Both the position numbers and the translations under genes were made by a program. A stretch of DNA of 32,000 bases from Cystobacter fuscus (GTDB taxonomy: Bacteria > Myxococcota > Myxococcia > Myxococcales > Myxococcaceae), in the NCBI RefSeq assembly GCF_044360685.1, contig NZ_CP043491.1, forward strand, positions 7,499,542 through 7,531,541, written 5' to 3'. The notes below the pieces were generated by a model. That model was not told the origin of the DNA, did not search any database, and was given only the letters and a program-made list of their open reading frames with translations. Positions 30,015-32,000 of the stretch are shown here, one piece after another; positions within the stretch are counted from its first letter, which is position 1; each line of letters opens with the position of its first letter.

Positions 30015-32000
30015 ATGCGTCAGCTCTTCTTCACCGGCGCGGGCATCCTGGTGCTCGCCTCCGCCGCCTGCACGGCGACATCCCACGAGGGGCGTGGGGC
30101 CGACCCCACCGTTCCCGCAACCCCCCCAGCGCCCACCATGTCTCCTTCCTCGGAAACGACGTCGTCCCAGACGAACCCGCTGTTGGATCAATGGTCCGGA
30201 CCCTATGGCGGCGTGCCGGCCTTCAATCGAATCCGCATCGAGCACTTCCGGCCCGCGCTCGAGACGTCGATGAACGAGTACCGCCGGGAGATCGCCGGCC
30301 TGGCGAACGAGCCGGCGGCGCCGACCTTCGAGAACACGATCGCCGCGTTCGAGCGGCTCGGGCAGCGCTTCGAGGAGGTGAGCACCCTCTATGGCATCTG
30401 GAGCTCGTCGCTCAACGGGCCGGAGTTCCAGATCATCGAGCGGGAGATGGCTCCCCGGCTCGCGGCGCTCTCCGACGAGATCATCCAGAACGAGCGGCTG
30501 TTCCAGCGCATCGCGGCCGTCTACGAGTCGCCCGACAAGGCGAAGCTGACGCCCGAGCAGCAGCGCCTGGTGTGGCACCACTACACGCGCTTCGTGCGCT
30601 CGGGGGCGCGGCTCGACGCGGAGAAGAAGAAGCAATTGTCGGCGCTCAACCAGCGCCTCGCGTCGCTCTACACGAGCTTCGGCCAGAACGTGCTGGCCGA
30701 CGAGGAGGGCTACGCCGTGGTGCTCGAGTCGGAGAAGGACCTCGACGGACTGCCCGACTCGGTGCGCGCGGGCGCGGCGGCGGCGGCCTCGTCGCGGGGG
30801 CTGGCGGGCAAGTGGGCCATCACCAACACGCGCTCGTCCATGGAGCCCTTCCTGACGTACTCGCGCCGCAGGGATCTGCGCGAGAAGGTCTGGCGCCACT
30901 ACGTCAACCGGGGTGACAACGGGGACACGCACGACAACAACGCGATCATCACCGAGATCCTCCAGCTGCGTGCCGAGCGGGCCCAGCTCCTGGGCTACGC
31001 CACCCATGCCCACTGGCGGCTGGAGAACACCATGGCCCGCACGCCCGAGCGTGCCATGGCGCTGATGGAGGCCGTCTGGAAGCCCGCCGTCGCGCGCGTG
31101 CGCCAGGAGGTCGCCGACATGCAGGCGCTCGCCACGAAGGAGGGCGACAAGATCACCATCGAGCCCTGGGACTACCGCTACTACGCCGAGAAGGTGCGCA
31201 AGGCGAAGTACGACCTGGACCAGAATGAGGTGAAGCCCTACCTGCAGCTGGAGAAGCTGCGCGAGGCGATGTTCTGGGTGGCCGGCGAGCTGTTCGGCTT
31301 CACCTTCACCCCGGTGAACGACGTGCCCGTGTACCACCCGGACGTGCGCGTCTGGGAGGTGAAGGACAAGGCCCAGGGCAAGCACGTGGGCCTGTGGTAC
31401 TTCGATCCCTATGCCCGGCCGGGCAAGCGCTCCGGGGCGTGGATGAACGCCTATCGCTCGCAGGAGCGCTTCCGGGGGGAGATCACCACCATCGTCTCCA
31501 ACAACGCCAACTTCGTGAAGGGCCAGCCGGGCGAGCCCGTCCTCATCAGCTGGAGCGACGCGGAGACGCTGTTCCACGAGTTCGGCCATGCGCTGCACGG
31601 CCTGAGCTCCGACGTGAACTACCCCGCGCTGTCGGGCACCAACGTGGTGCGTGACTACGTGGAGTTCCCCTCGCAGCTGCTCGAGCACTGGCTGGACACG
31701 CCCGAGGTGCTCAACACCTACGCCCTGCACTACCAGACGGGAAAGCCCATTCCTCCCGAGCTCGTCGCGAAGATCGCCAAGGCGGCCACCTTCAACCAGG
31801 GCTTCGCCACGGTGGAGTACCTGTCGAGCGCGCTCGTGGACATGAAGCTGCACCTGGCGGGCACGAAGAAGATCGATCCGGACGCGTTCGAGCGCGACAC
31901 GCTCCAGGGGCTCGGCATGCCCAAGGAGATCGTCATGCGCCACCGCACGCCCCAGTTCGGCCACGTCTTCGCGGGGGACGGCTACTCGGCGGGCTACTAC
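30015..32000 (+). CDS. dcp: M3-family peptidyl-dipeptidase (Dcp-like) lipoprotein, 3'-partial
   Basis: Hand translation from ATG 30015 (GGAGAA 9 nt upstream) stays open for 662 codons to the window end, so it is missing from the ORF track. The lipoprotein signal MRQLFFTGAGILVLASAAC is followed by ...NPLLDQWSGPYGGVPAFNRI..., ...FDPYARPGKRSGAWMN... and the zinc motif LFHEFGHALHG, typical of Dcp/oligopeptidase A. Confidence 0.9.
   Translation, partial: MRQLFFTGAGILVLASAACTATSHEGRGADPTVPATPPAPTMSPSSETTSSQTNPLLDQWSGPYGGVPAFNRIRIEHFRPALETSMNEYRREIAGLANEPAAPTFENTIAAFERLGQRFEEVSTLYGIWSSSLNGPEFQIIEREMAPRLAALSDEIIQNERLFQRIAAVYESPDKAKLTPEQQRLVWHHYTRFVRSGARLDAEKKKQLSALNQRLASLYTSFGQNVLADEEGYAVVLESEKDLDGLPDSVRAGAAAAASSRGLAGKWAITNTRSSMEPFLTYSRRRDLREKVWRHYVNRGDNGDTHDNNAIITEILQLRAERAQLLGYATHAHWRLENTMARTPERAMALMEAVWKPAVARVRQEVADMQALATKEGDKITIEPWDYRYYAEKVRKAKYDLDQNEVKPYLQLEKLREAMFWVAGELFGFTFTPVNDVPVYHPDVRVWEVKDKAQGKHVGLWYFDPYARPGKRSGAWMNAYRSQERFRGEITTIVSNNANFVKGQPGEPVLISWSDAETLFHEFGHALHGLSSDVNYPALSGTNVVRDYVEFPSQLLEHWLDTPEVLNTYALHYQTGKPIPPELVAKIAKAATFNQGFATVEYLSSALVDMKLHLAGTKKIDPDAFERDTLQGLGMPKEIVMRHRTPQFGHVFAGDGYSAGYY

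Noticed and set aside
29886-31964. 692-aa minus-strand ORF
   Set aside because: It is antisense to the clearly homologous plus-strand M3 peptidase (HEFGH, lipoprotein signal), and its translation is low-complexity (runs of R, G, L, H, V).

Overview
The window is a high-GC bacterial chromosome segment. Hand counts on 100-nt samples give about 74% GC in the core, and gene style resembles Myxococcota, though that taxonomy is only an inference. The core (2909-24727, all minus strand) is one cobalamin-riboswitch-headed block of about 21.5 kb and 25 genes. It encodes adenosylcobalamin synthesis by the early-cobalt-insertion (anaerobic-type) route. Gene order is cbiM-cbiN-cbiQ-cbiO, cbiX fused to a [2Fe-2S] ferredoxin, orf124, an FNR-like reductase, cbiD-cbiC-cbiET-cbiL-cbiG-cbiH, orf131, cbiF, a P-loop kinase-like domain fused to SUMT, cobO, cbiA, cbiZ, cobU, cbiB, cobD (Thr-P decarboxylase), cobQ, cobT and cobS. 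Most junctions are ATGA/GTGA stop-start overlaps. Upstream on the same strand lie bluB, a cobC-like histidine phosphatase, and a lower-GC, translationally coupled gene pair of unknown function (a Cys-rich protein of about 480 aa plus a membrane-anchored seven-repeat beta-propeller). Next comes a phasin-like protein with 33-bp tandem repeats and its own terminator. A divergent M3 peptidyl-dipeptidase lipoprotein runs off the right edge and is absent from the ORF track. Left of the B12 operon are a cofactor-free-haloperoxidase-type alpha/beta hydrolase, a Trp-rich hypothetical, a secreted RlpA-like DPBB protein, a frameshifted upp remnant and a lipoprotein gene fragment. The most interesting points are an otherwise near-complete pathway with no CbiJ/CobK but with an embedded FNR-like flavoprotein next to the CbiX-ferredoxin fusion and two orphan ORFs; the NadR/AAA_28-like kinase domain fused to SUMT; and the unknown low-GC pair immediately upstream of cobC-bluB. 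No rRNA, tRNA, CRISPR array or recognisable mobile element was seen. All family calls rest on motif recognition by eye; no database search was run.
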